Below are positions 51,166-60,747 of a DNA stretch of 64,000 bases, one piece after another. A program made the position numbers and the translations under genes. The notes under the pieces were generated by a model. That model saw only the letters and a list, made by a program, of their open reading frames with translations. It was not told the DNA's origin and made no database searches. The DNA is from Nibricoccus sp. GTDB taxonomy: Bacteria; Verrucomicrobiota; Verrucomicrobiia; Opitutales; Opitutaceae. The stretch covers positions 4,736,001-4,800,000 of the forward strand of contig JASGHG010000001.1 of the NCBI GenBank assembly GCA_047602425.1. The letters run 5' to 3'. Positions within the stretch are counted from its first letter, which is position 1. The number at the start of each line of letters is the position of its first letter.

Positions 51166-52986
51166 ATGACCTTGCGCCAAAATCATTTTCTTCTATTTGC
51201 CGGTTTGGCCATCGCAGCCACAGCCCTCGCGGATACTTCGAAGCCGCCGCCACCGCTCGTATGTCGCGATTTGCCAGCCATCACCACCGCAGCCGACGGC
51301 GGTCTGCGCCCCGTGGTTGGCGTGCAAAATATCCAAGTCGTGCGCTCCAACCGTACCAGTTCTCCCCATGCCGACGGCCTGCTGCACAGCTATCTGCATC
51401 AACCGATGCTGGCGTATTGGAAAGGTAAATACTACCTCGAATACCTGAGTGGCCCGCGCAGTGAACACGAATTTCCCTGCGTAACCTCTCTCACCACATC
51501 GACCGACGGCTATCGGTGGGAAAAACCACGCGTCGTTTTTCCCGCGATCAAATTGCCCGACGGTCGCGAAACGGTCGCCCATCAACGCATGGGTTTCTAT
51601 GTCGCGCCCGAAGGACGCCTGCTCGTGCTCTCCTTTTACGGCATCCCGCCTGAACCCAACGACGGCACCGGAATCGGTCGCGCCGTGCGTGAGATTCTCG
51701 CCGATGGCTCCTTCGGGCCGATCTATTTCATACGCCTAAATGCCAAACAACATTTTCCTGAATTCAAGCCGCCTTATCCGCTTTACACCGCGTCGACCGA
51801 CGCCGGCTTTGTCGCGGCGTGCAATGCGCTGCTCGCCAACAAACTCATGACCGCCCAATGGTGGGAGGAAGACCAGCTCGACGAAAGCGGATTTTATACC
51901 ATCAAAGGCAAAGCGCTTTCGTACATTCATCGTCCTGACGGTTCTGTCCTCGGCGTCTGGAAAAATGCCCTCGTCGCCACCACGCACGATGCTGGCCAAA
52001 CCTGGACCGAGAAGCAATTTGCCACCAATCTTCCCAATAACGCGTCCAAATACTGGCTCCAAAAAACGGGCGATGACCGTTTCGCGCTTTTCCTAAACCC
52101 GACCAATCGCCAACGCCTGCCGCTCGCCGTCACGACCAGTGCGGATTGCGCAAACTTTACAGGTCTGCTGGCCATTCACGGCGAACTTCCCGATCAGCGT
52201 TTTCCCGGCAAATACAAAAACCTCGGCCCTCAATACGTTCGCGGCATCGTCGAGGGCAACGGCATTCCGCCCGATTCCGCCAAAGCCACTTGGGTGACCT
52301 ATAGCGTCAACAAGGAGGATATTTGGATCAGCCGTGTACCAACGCCCATCGTCGCCGCCGTTGATCAGCCGGTGCATGAGGATTTTGAAAAGACCGCCGC
52401 TGGCGCCCTTCCCGTCGACTGGAACATCTATAGCCCGCTTTGGGCTCCCGTTTCCGTGGTCGAAACAAATTCTCCCGCCAAACATGCCTTGGAACTCCGC
52501 GACGAAGACCCGTGCGACTACGCGCGCGCCGTTTGTGTTTTTCCCGAAACCCATGGCTTGAAGGCTTCCTTCAAAGTGCTTCCACGTCAGACAAACGCCC
52601 GCTTCGAAATCGAACTGGCCTCCGCTAACGGCGCGCGCCCGTTTTTGATCGCTCTCGGCGAAGATGGACACCTTTGGGCCAATCACGAAGGGGTATGGAA
52701 TGACAACGGCGCGTATACTGCCGGCCGATGGATCTCCTTTGAACTAGCAGCCAACGCCAAGACCGCCTCTGATCGCATCGCTCTTAAAATCGATGGCAAG
52801 CCTGCCAAACCAGGCGAAATCGGCCCGGCCGAGGCTGCCGCTACTGTTGAACGCCTGTCGTTCCGTACCGGCGCCTTCCGCTATCGCGGTGACGGCAAAG
52901 GCTACGATCTCCCTAACGCCGACATCAAAGTCCCAGCCGCATCCTTCCTGATCGACGACGTTCACCTCGAACCCGTCCGCGAATAG
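51166..52986 (+). CDS. GH143-like Dha (3-deoxy-D-lyxo-heptulosaric acid) hydrolase, stand-alone, secreted
   Basis: 'PVVGVQNIQVVRSNR', 'HQPMLAYWKGKYYLEYL', 'HQRMGFY', 'GIGRAVREI', 'QWWEE', 'GPQYVRGI', 'YSVNKEDIW', matching the recalled N-terminal domain of BT1020. Confidence 0.8.
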   Translation: MTLRQNHFLLFAGLAIAATALADTSKPPPPLVCRDLPAITTAADGGLRPVVGVQNIQVVRSNRTSSPHADGLLHSYLHQPMLAYWKGKYYLEYLSGPRSEHEFPCVTSLTTSTDGYRWEKPRVVFPAIKLPDGRETVAHQRMGFYVAPEGRLLVLSFYGIPPEPNDGTGIGRAVREILADGSFGPIYFIRLNAKQHFPEFKPPYPLYTASTDAGFVAACNALLANKLMTAQWWEEDQLDESGFYTIKGKALSYIHRPDGSVLGVWKNALVATTHDAGQTWTEKQFATNLPNNASKYWLQKTGDDRFALFLNPTNRQRLPLAVTTSADCANFTGLLAIHGELPDQRFPGKYKNLGPQYVRGIVEGNGIPPDSAKATWVTYSVNKEDIWISRVPTPIVAAVDQPVHEDFEKTAAGALPVDWNIYSPLWAPVSVVETNSPAKHALELRDEDPCDYARAVCVFPETHGLKASFKVLPRQTNARFEIELASANGARPFLIALGEDGHLWANHEGVWNDNGAYTAGRWISFELAANAKTASDRIALKIDGKPAKPGEIGPAEAAATVERLSFRTGAFRYRGDGKGYDLPNADIKVPAASFLIDDVHLEPVRE

Positions 52987-52992
52987 TTTCCC

Positions 52993-55900
52993 GTGCGCCG
53001 CCTGACTCCAGCCCGCTGTTTTCTCCTGGCCCTGTTGGTGGTCTTCGCCCCGTTTCTCCGTGCTGCCGAACTTCGCACCGATCAACTCCTCACCGACAAC
53101 TGGCGCACCCTCCTTGCCCCCGCTGATGCCGTTGGCTTCGAAAAACCTGCGTTCGACGATCGCGATTGGAGCCCTGTCAGCGTGCCGCACAACCATGACA
53201 CCTACCATGGCTACCACCAACTCCGCCATGGTAACCTCCATGGCACGGCATGGTATCGCACCAGCTTCACCATCGCATCGTCTGAGCAGGGGCGCCGCAT
53301 TTTTCTTTTCTTCGAGGGCGTTGGTTCCTATGCGACGGTTTGGGTCAACGGCCAACAGGTTGGGAAACACGCCGGGGGCTTGACCACGTTCACGCTCGAC
53401 GTCACTGACGCGATCGCTTTCGGCCGCGAAAATATCCTCGCCGTCCGCGCCGATCATCCCGCTGGCATTCGCGATCTGCCCTGGCTCTGCGGCGGCTGCG
53501 AACGCACCTATGGCACCTCGGAAGGCCCGCAACCTCTCGGCATCATCCGCCCCGTGCATGTTGTCAGCACCGCTCCCGTGCGCATCGAACCGTTCGGTGT
53601 TCATGCTTGGATCGATGGGCCCCAGTCCGACTCCGTCGCCACGCGCATCGACACCGAGGCGAAAAACTACAATGCCCGCACTGCGCAGATCACACTCCGC
53701 ACGACACTACTTGACCGCGAGGGCAACTCGGTTGTCGAAACGTCCTCTGCGCACACGGCCAATCCAGGCGAAACAGCCAAAATCGCTCAGACGCTCCCCG
53801 CGGTTTCGAACCTTCATCTTTGGTCGCCCGCGTCGCCGTACCTTTATACGATTCGGTCCGAAATCCTCATCAACGGACAGCCCGTCGATCGCTTTGAGAC
53901 GCCCTTCGGTTTCCGTTGGATCGCCTGGCCCAAGTCCGCCAATTCCAATCGCCGACGCCTGCTGGTGAACGGCGAACCGTTTTTTATCAACGGTACCGCC
54001 GACTACGAACATCTCCTCGGCAATAATTTTGCGTTCACCGACACGCAAATCACTGCGCGCGTTCGGCAGATCGAGGCCGCTGGCTTCAACGCCTTTCGCG
54101 ACGCACATCACCCGCACAATCTCCGTTTTCAACAGTACTGGGATCACGACGGTCTGCTTTGGTGGACCCAGTTTGGCGACTCTACTTGGTTCGACAATGA
54201 CGCTTTCCGTACCAACTGCAAAACGCTGCTCACCGAATGGGTGAAGGAGCGCCGCAATAGTCCGTCGCTCATCCTCTGGGGACTGCAAAACGAAAGCCTC
54301 CTGCCCACTGCCTTCGCCGAGGAATGCTCCGCTCTTATTCGCAAGCTCGATCCCACCTCCTCGACCCAGCGGCTCATCACCACGTGCAATGGCGGCACCG
54401 GCACCGATTGGGACGTTCCGCAAAACTGGTCGGGCACGTACAGCGGCGATCCCGAAAAATACGACGAAGATCTGCGCACACAGTCCTTAATTGGTGAATA
54501 CGGTGCTTGGCGTAGCCTCGGCCTGCACACCGAGGGGGGCTTCGTCGAAAAATCTCCGCTCAGCGAGGACCGTTTTTGCGCTTTGATGGAAATGAAAATC
54601 GCACTCGCCGAGAAAGCCCGCGCCGACGCCTGCGGCCATTTCCAGTGGCCGTTCGTTAGCCATGCGAATCCCGGCCGCAACTTCGGGGAACTCGGCGAAC
54701 AGCTCTACGACGGCATCCGCCCACTCGATCGCGTAGGCCCGGTGAACAACAAGGGCCTTTTCACCATTTGGGGCGAGCCCACCGATGCATTCTATCTCTA
54801 CCGGGCCAACTTCGCTCCGAAGGAAACTCAGCCGATGGTCTATATCGTTTCCCATACCTGGCCGGACCGCTGGACGTCTCCCGGCAAAAAATCCGGTCTC
54901 ATCGTTTATTCCAACTGCGACGAAGTGGAGCTGTTTAATGGTTCTCGTTCACTTGGCCGCCGCACACGCGCGGGCATCGGCACGCATTTCCGCTGGGACG
55001 ACGTCGAAATCGACTGCAATCTCCTCCGTGCCGAGGCTCGCGTGGGCAGTGCAGTCGTTGCCAGCGACGCGGTCTGCCTAAAACATCTGCCACCCCCAAT
55101 CGATGAGAAAAAAGAGTCGAAAAAATACAGCTTGGTCCAGCCCGCCCTCGGATACCAATATCTTTACCGCATCAATTGCGGTGGTCCGGCTTTTCGCGAT
55201 CCTTACGAAAATCTCTGGCTGGCTGACCGAGATTTCAACCCGGGCGATTCCTGGGGCGCAGTCTCTTGGGCCACCGAATTCGCGAATCTGCCCGCCGCTT
55301 TTGCCAGCCAAGGCAAAACTTACAGCGTGGTGACAGGTACACGAGCCAGCACGCTCTTCCAAACTTTCCGCTACGGCCGCGAAAATCTTTCCTACCGCTT
55401 CGCCGTTCCCGATGGCGAATATCTCGTCGAACTGTTTTTCGTTGAGCCGTGGTACGGCATCGGAGACGGCCTGAACTGCACAGGCTGGCGGGTCTTCGAT
55501 GTCGCGATCAATGGCCAGGTCGTGCTGCGGGATTTTGATCTCTGGCGCGAGGTCGGCCATGGCCGCGCCGTCAAGAAAACTGCCACCGCCCGCAGCGATA
55601 AGGGCGTGCTGACCATTTCCTTTCCGCGGGTCTCGTCCGGACAGGCCGTGATTTCCGCCATCGCCATCTCCACCAAAATCCCGCAGCCCGAGCCGAACCC
55701 TCCGCCACCAGCAATTATGTTGCTCAAAAGTCCGCCGCAATCCTCCGTCGAGACCCATCTCGATACCGGCGACCGCCACTATAGCGATGTACCTGGAGGC
55801 TTCACTGAATTGCCTTACGAACTCTTCGATGCCGATTGGCTTCGCACGCCGGCTTCCGCGACGACAGCATTGGAATTCAAGCTGAGTTACGATGCCGACG

Positions 55901-56805
55901 TTTGGGTTGCCTTGGACGAACGTATTTTACCCCTGCCTGGCTGGCTCGCCGGTTGGGAGCGCACTTCGCTCTCCCTGCGCACCAACGCTGCCGTTGGCTC
56001 AAAATTCGTTCTTTACCGAAAAGCCTTCGCCAAAAGCAGCATTGTTTCGCTCGGTGAGATTTCATCTGGTGTGATGCGCTACACGGTTTTCATCACGCGT
56101 GTGCTACCGCCGGCGCCTCCACAATTTGTCACATTATCGGACAACGCCCCTAACTGGCAGGCCGTAGGAAACGTCAAACTGGGCGTCCGTAGCGAGCTGC
56201 TCGGGTTCAGCATTGTCCGTTTTCCAGACAATCTGACTGGTGGCGATTTTATCCTGCCTTCTGCAGCCGCCCCTTCACCTCCACTTCGCCTGAGCGCCGA
56301 CGATCACGTAGAAATCACAGGCGCCTTCAAACCCGGCACCAAAGTAGGCGGTGGATGGATCGATACCAAACGAACCGCCACCGCCAACGACGGCGCAACC
56401 TTTGCCTTGTGGCGTCAACGTCTCGCCGCCGGAGCTTCCGTCGAATTTGCCTCAACCAACGATACACCACTTTTCGCCTTCGTTCGCGCCGTTCGTCCAT
56501 CCGTTACGTATAAAGCGCAAAAAGTCGCTGATAACCGGACTGAATGGACCATTCAGGTCGGCGTCGGCGATCGTTACGGCTTGAACTTCAAGTACCGTAA
56601 TCTTTCGGCCGCCCGCATCACCGCCACGCTCGAAATCATGCAAGCCAACGGTGACCTCCTGCGGACCGATCCGATCGAATTCCCGCCCACTGCCGAGTGG
56701 GCTATCGTCCGCACCCGTACCGGTGCCAGCATCAACGCCGGCACCTACAAATTCCGCCTGCTCGCTCCGCCCCAACTGCAACTCGAAAATCTGGAGGTAG
56801 AATAA
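52993..56805 (+). CDS. GH2 glycosidase (beta-D-glucuronidase type) with malectin-like domain
   Basis: 'HGNLHGTAWYR', 'NAFRDAHHP', 'WGLQNE', 'IGEYG', malectin-like 'YRINCGG...LFQTFRYG...RVFDVAING'. Resembles the recalled GH2 half of BT0996. Confidence 0.82.
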   Translation: MRRLTPARCFLLALLVVFAPFLRAAELRTDQLLTDNWRTLLAPADAVGFEKPAFDDRDWSPVSVPHNHDTYHGYHQLRHGNLHGTAWYRTSFTIASSEQGRRIFLFFEGVGSYATVWVNGQQVGKHAGGLTTFTLDVTDAIAFGRENILAVRADHPAGIRDLPWLCGGCERTYGTSEGPQPLGIIRPVHVVSTAPVRIEPFGVHAWIDGPQSDSVATRIDTEAKNYNARTAQITLRTTLLDREGNSVVETSSAHTANPGETAKIAQTLPAVSNLHLWSPASPYLYTIRSEILINGQPVDRFETPFGFRWIAWPKSANSNRRRLLVNGEPFFINGTADYEHLLGNNFAFTDTQITARVRQIEAAGFNAFRDAHHPHNLRFQQYWDHDGLLWWTQFGDSTWFDNDAFRTNCKTLLTEWVKERRNSPSLILWGLQNESLLPTAFAEECSALIRKLDPTSSTQRLITTCNGGTGTDWDVPQNWSGTYSGDPEKYDEDLRTQSLIGEYGAWRSLGLHTEGGFVEKSPLSEDRFCALMEMKIALAEKARADACGHFQWPFVSHANPGRNFGELGEQLYDGIRPLDRVGPVNNKGLFTIWGEPTDAFYLYRANFAPKETQPMVYIVSHTWPDRWTSPGKKSGLIVYSNCDEVELFNGSRSLGRRTRAGIGTHFRWDDVEIDCNLLRAEARVGSAVVASDAVCLKHLPPPIDEKKESKKYSLVQPALGYQYLYRINCGGPAFRDPYENLWLADRDFNPGDSWGAVSWATEFANLPAAFASQGKTYSVVTGTRASTLFQTFRYGRENLSYRFAVPDGEYLVELFFVEPWYGIGDGLNCTGWRVFDVAINGQVVLRDFDLWREVGHGRAVKKTATARSDKGVLTISFPRVSSGQAVISAIAISTKIPQPEPNPPPPAIMLLKSPPQSSVETHLDTGDRHYSDVPGGFTELPYELFDADWLRTPASATTALEFKLSYDADVWVALDERILPLPGWLAGWERTSLSLRTNAAVGSKFVLYRKAFAKSSIVSLGEISSGVMRYTVFITRVLPPAPPQFVTLSDNAPNWQAVGNVKLGVRSELLGFSIVRFPDNLTGGDFILPSAAAPSPPLRLSADDHVEITGAFKPGTKVGGGWIDTKRTATANDGATFALWRQRLAAGASVEFASTNDTPLFAFVRAVRPSVTYKAQKVADNRTEWTIQVGVGDRYGLNFKYRNLSAARITATLEIMQANGDLLRTDPIEFPPTAEWAIVRTRTGASINAGTYKFRLLAPPQLQLENLEVE

Positions 56806-56806
56806 C

Positions 56807-59233
56807 ATGCTCCGCCGTCTCGCGATTCTCGTTTTTTCTCTCGCAACTCTTTGCAGCCTCCACGCCCAAAGCCTGCGCGACCGCCTGCTCTGGGACGACC
56901 GCTGGCGCTTCGCCCTCGGCGACATTCCCGAAGCAAAAGAACCGGCCTTCAACGATTCTGCCTGGCGCCAGCTCCATTTGCCACACGATTGGAGCATCGA
57001 GGGCCAAACCGATCCCAATGCTCCAACCGCCGGTGGCGGTGGATTTTTCCCGACGGGCATCGGCTGGTATCGGCGCAGTTTCATTGCCCCTACCATATGG
57101 ATCGGCAAGCGCGTCCAGCTCGAATTCGAAGGCGTTGCCGGTCAGGTCGAAATCTGGCTGAACGGCAAACCGGTCGCCGCCCACCCTAACTCTTTCACCT
57201 CCTTCTTCGCGGATCTCACACCGCACCTCAAACACGGTCGCGATAACTTTCTCGCCCTTCGCGTCGACAATTCCAAGCAGCCCAACACCCGTTACTACAC
57301 CGGTTCCGGTCTCTACCGGCATGTGTGGCTCAACGTCACCGGCGTCATCCATCAGGCTCCGTGGAGCGTTTTCGTTTCTACGACAGAACTCACCGCCGAA
57401 CGAGCGACAATCGCCATACGGGCCAATATCAAAAACTTCAGCGATGCCCCCGCCTCCGTTGCCCTCCAAACCCAGGTTTTCGGCCCCGACGACCGCCCTG
57501 TTGAAATCGTTTCGGAAACCGTTCCGCCCGCTCTCCAACTAATTGGCGGTGGCAACCAGTTTGTAACGTATAACGTTACAATCAAAAATCCGAAACCCTG
57601 GCACCCCGACACACCAGTGCTCTATCACGCCATCACTCGCGTTCTTGTCAGCGGACGGGTGGTCGATGAAGTTTCCACGCCTTTCGGAGTGCGCACACTC
57701 AAAGTTTCCGCCGCTCGCGGATTCGAACTCAACGGCCAGCCTGTCAAACTCCGCGGCGGCAACGTCCACTCCGACCAGGGTCCGCTCGGTGCCGCCGCCT
57801 TCGACCGGGCCGAGGAACGGAAGGTTCAGCTTCTGAAATCCGCCGGCTACAACGCCGCGCGCACCGCGCATAATCCGGTCGCCCCTGCATTTCTGGAGGC
57901 TTGCGACCGCCTTGGCCTGCTCGTGATCGAAGAAGCCTTCGACTGCTGGGAAAAGGGCAAGGTTGCCGAAGACTACAGCAAATTTTTCAAGGATTGGTGG
58001 CAACGAGACATTGATGCCATGGTCATGCGCGACCGTAATCATCCGTCTGTGGTGATGTGGAGCACGGGCAACGAACTTTACGAAAGAGGCAACGCCAACG
58101 GTCTTCGCATTGCCACCGAACTCGCCGCCCGTATTCGTTCTCTCGATACCACCCGCCCTCTCACCGCTGGCATCAACGGCCTCGGCAAAGGTGGTGACTG
58201 GACGAAGCTCGACCCGCTTTTCGCCACGCTCGATGCCGCCGGCTACAACTACGAGCTCACGCGCCACGCGGACGACCACACCCGGCTTCCGGCCCGCGTC
58301 ATCTATTCATCCGAATCATATCAAACCGATACGTTTCAAAACTGGTCTACCGTCTTGAGCCAGCCGTACATCGTCGGCGATTTCGTCTGGAGTGCGATTG
58401 ACTATCTGGGAGAGGCTGGCATCGGCCGCATCTATCCGCCCAGCCAGACCGCTGCCGCCCACTGGATCGGCAACCACTATCCGTGGCACGGCGGCGCTTG
58501 TGGCGATTTGGATATTACAGGAATTCGCCGACCTGAATCTTACTACCGTGAACTTGTCTGGGGCGTCGGCGTGACGAAACTCTACGCCGCCGTCGTTCCG
58601 CCAACGTCCGCCGACCGTCCATGGAACACCACGCTCTGGTCCGTTCCACCCGCCGAGGCGCACTGGAACTGGACTGGCTATGAAGGAAAACCTCTCCAGG
58701 TCGTGGTTTTTTCTCGCTACGATGCAGTTCGGCTTCTGCTGAACGGAAAAAACGTCGGTGAGAAAAACACCAGTGCCGCGACGCAATACAAGGCCACTTT
58801 CTCAGTCCCGTACGCGGAGGGTAAACTCGTCGCCGTTGCTTTTGCCCAAGGCAAAGAGGCGGCACGCTTCACGCTTCAAACCGCCGAAAACGACGTGCAA
58901 CTCCGCCTCACTGCCGACCGCAAAACTATGCGCGCCGACTCTGAAGACCTCATTTTCATCAACGTCGAGGTCGTCGACAAAAATGGCACCGTCCATTCTG
59001 GCGTAAACCAATCCGTCCACTACACCGTCAGCGGTCCTGCCACACTCGCGGCCATCGGCAGCGCCGATCTTGCGTCCACCGAACCGTACAATGCCAACCC
59101 TCGCCGCCTCCACGATGGCCGGAGCCTCATTGTTCTCCGTAGCACCGCCGAACCGGGAAAAATCACCTTTACTGCCACCGCACCCGGAATGAAACCCGCA
59201 TCAGTCACACTCGAATCAAAGTCCAGCTTGTGA
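56807..59233 (+). CDS. GH2 glycosidase, secreted
   Basis: 'LPHDWSIE', 'RYYTGSGLYRHV', 'RTAHNP', 'WSTGNE', 'VWSAIDYLGE'. Confidence 0.9.
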   Translation: MLRRLAILVFSLATLCSLHAQSLRDRLLWDDRWRFALGDIPEAKEPAFNDSAWRQLHLPHDWSIEGQTDPNAPTAGGGGFFPTGIGWYRRSFIAPTIWIGKRVQLEFEGVAGQVEIWLNGKPVAAHPNSFTSFFADLTPHLKHGRDNFLALRVDNSKQPNTRYYTGSGLYRHVWLNVTGVIHQAPWSVFVSTTELTAERATIAIRANIKNFSDAPASVALQTQVFGPDDRPVEIVSETVPPALQLIGGGNQFVTYNVTIKNPKPWHPDTPVLYHAITRVLVSGRVVDEVSTPFGVRTLKVSAARGFELNGQPVKLRGGNVHSDQGPLGAAAFDRAEERKVQLLKSAGYNAARTAHNPVAPAFLEACDRLGLLVIEEAFDCWEKGKVAEDYSKFFKDWWQRDIDAMVMRDRNHPSVVMWSTGNELYERGNANGLRIATELAARIRSLDTTRPLTAGINGLGKGGDWTKLDPLFATLDAAGYNYELTRHADDHTRLPARVIYSSESYQTDTFQNWSTVLSQPYIVGDFVWSAIDYLGEAGIGRIYPPSQTAAAHWIGNHYPWHGGACGDLDITGIRRPESYYRELVWGVGVTKLYAAVVPPTSADRPWNTTLWSVPPAEAHWNWTGYEGKPLQVVVFSRYDAVRLLLNGKNVGEKNTSAATQYKATFSVPYAEGKLVAVAFAQGKEAARFTLQTAENDVQLRLTADRKTMRADSEDLIFINVEVVDKNGTVHSGVNQSVHYTVSGPATLAAIGSADLASTEPYNANPRRLHDGRSLIVLRSTAEPGKITFTATAPGMKPASVTLESKSSL

Positions 59234-60741
59234 AACTTCGTCTATTTCCATCACTCCTCTTCGCTCTTCTCACCACGCTTGCCCGTGCCGAAGTCGCCTG
59301 CCCGGTCATTTTTTCCGACCACATGGTTCTCCAACGCGAGAGCCCTGTCGCCATCTGGGGAACGGCCACGCCTGACGAGCAAGTCACCGTGGAGTTTGCC
59401 GGCCAGTCAAAAACCGCCAAGACCTCAACCGATGGAAAGTGGCGCATCGATCTCGACGCCATGCCTGCAAGCAAAGAGCCGCGCCTGCTCACCGTTCGCG
59501 GCAACAACACGCTGCGTTTCGTCGACGTGCTTGTGGGTGAGGTCTGGTTTTGCTCCGGCCAGTCAAACATGGAAAAGCAGCTCGGTCCGCGCAAGGGCCA
59601 GAAGCCGACCGACAACTACGAGGAAGCCACGCGCCAGGCCAATCACCCGCTGCTCCGTTTGTATCAAGTGCCGCACTACAGCAAACCGACCGACAAAATT
59701 CTCAGCCTTCGCTGGGTCGCCTGCACACCCGAAACCGTGACCGCCGCCGAATTTTCGGCCGCTGGCTACTATTTTGGCGCCGAGCTTCTGCGCAAACTCG
59801 ACGTTCCCGTCGGCCTGATCCACTCCAGCTACGGCGGTACGATGATCGAGGCATGGACGCCACGCGAAGCATTCGAGCGCACACCCGAACTCGCTCCACT
59901 CCTTGCCAAACCCTATCAAGCCTGGGTCAAAGGCGTCCAGGCCACCGAGCTTTTCAACAGCATGGTCGCTCCCTATGTTCCCTACACGCTGCGCGGTTTC
60001 CTCTGGTACCAAGGCGAGTCAAACCTCATGGCCGGCGACACTGACATCTACACGCTCAAGCTTCGCACGTTGATCGAAAGCTGGCGCGCGCTTTGGACCA
60101 AACCCGACGCGCCGTTCTATTACGTTTTGCTCGCGCCCTTCCGTTACTCGCCACGTGATAAAGATCCCGCACAGCTGACCGCCGAGGCCCTCCCGCTTTT
60201 TTGGGAAGCGCAAATCGCCACCGCCAAAATCGTTCCGCACACTGGCTTCGTCGTCACCACTGACATTGGCAATCCGAAGGACATTCATCCGACCAACAAG
60301 CGCGGCGTCGGCCTTCGACTCGCCACGCTCGCCCTTGCCGAAACCTACGGATCGCCCAACACCGCAGCCCAAAGCCCACGCTTCGCCTCGAAGGAAATTT
60401 CCGCCAACAAAATTATTCTGCGCTTCTCTCCTGCTTCCCCAGGCCTGAAATCCCGTGACGGTAAACCGCTCGACGGTTTCCTCATCGCCGGCAGCGATAA
60501 AAATTTCGTCCCCGCCAACGCAGTGATCGAAGGCGACACCGTCGTCGTCACTGCACCCGCCATCGCCAGCCCTGTCGCCGTCCGCTTCGCTTGGTCAGAA
60601 GCCGCCAATCCGAATCTCGTCAATTCCGTCGGCCTACCGGTCGCACCGTTCCGCACCGACGACTGGCCGGTCATCTACCGGCGCCCAGCGCCGTCGCCGG
60701 CCACCGAATCTTCTTCTACGCCCAAACCCGCTTCCCCCTGA
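59230..60741 (+). CDS. Sialate O-acetylesterase-family (SASA) carbohydrate esterase
   Basis: 'GEVWFCSGQSNM', 'WYQGESN', 'DIHP.NK' catalytic motifs. Signal peptide. Confidence 0.9.
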   Translation: MKLRLFPSLLFALLTTLARAEVACPVIFSDHMVLQRESPVAIWGTATPDEQVTVEFAGQSKTAKTSTDGKWRIDLDAMPASKEPRLLTVRGNNTLRFVDVLVGEVWFCSGQSNMEKQLGPRKGQKPTDNYEEATRQANHPLLRLYQVPHYSKPTDKILSLRWVACTPETVTAAEFSAAGYYFGAELLRKLDVPVGLIHSSYGGTMIEAWTPREAFERTPELAPLLAKPYQAWVKGVQATELFNSMVAPYVPYTLRGFLWYQGESNLMAGDTDIYTLKLRTLIESWRALWTKPDAPFYYVLLAPFRYSPRDKDPAQLTAEALPLFWEAQIATAKIVPHTGFVVTTDIGNPKDIHPTNKRGVGLRLATLALAETYGSPNTAAQSPRFASKEISANKIILRFSPASPGLKSRDGKPLDGFLIAGSDKNFVPANAVIEGDTVVVTAPAIASPVAVRFAWSEAANPNLVNSVGLPVAPFRTDDWPVIYRRPAPSPATESSSTPKPASP

Positions 60742-60747
60742 ACTCCC

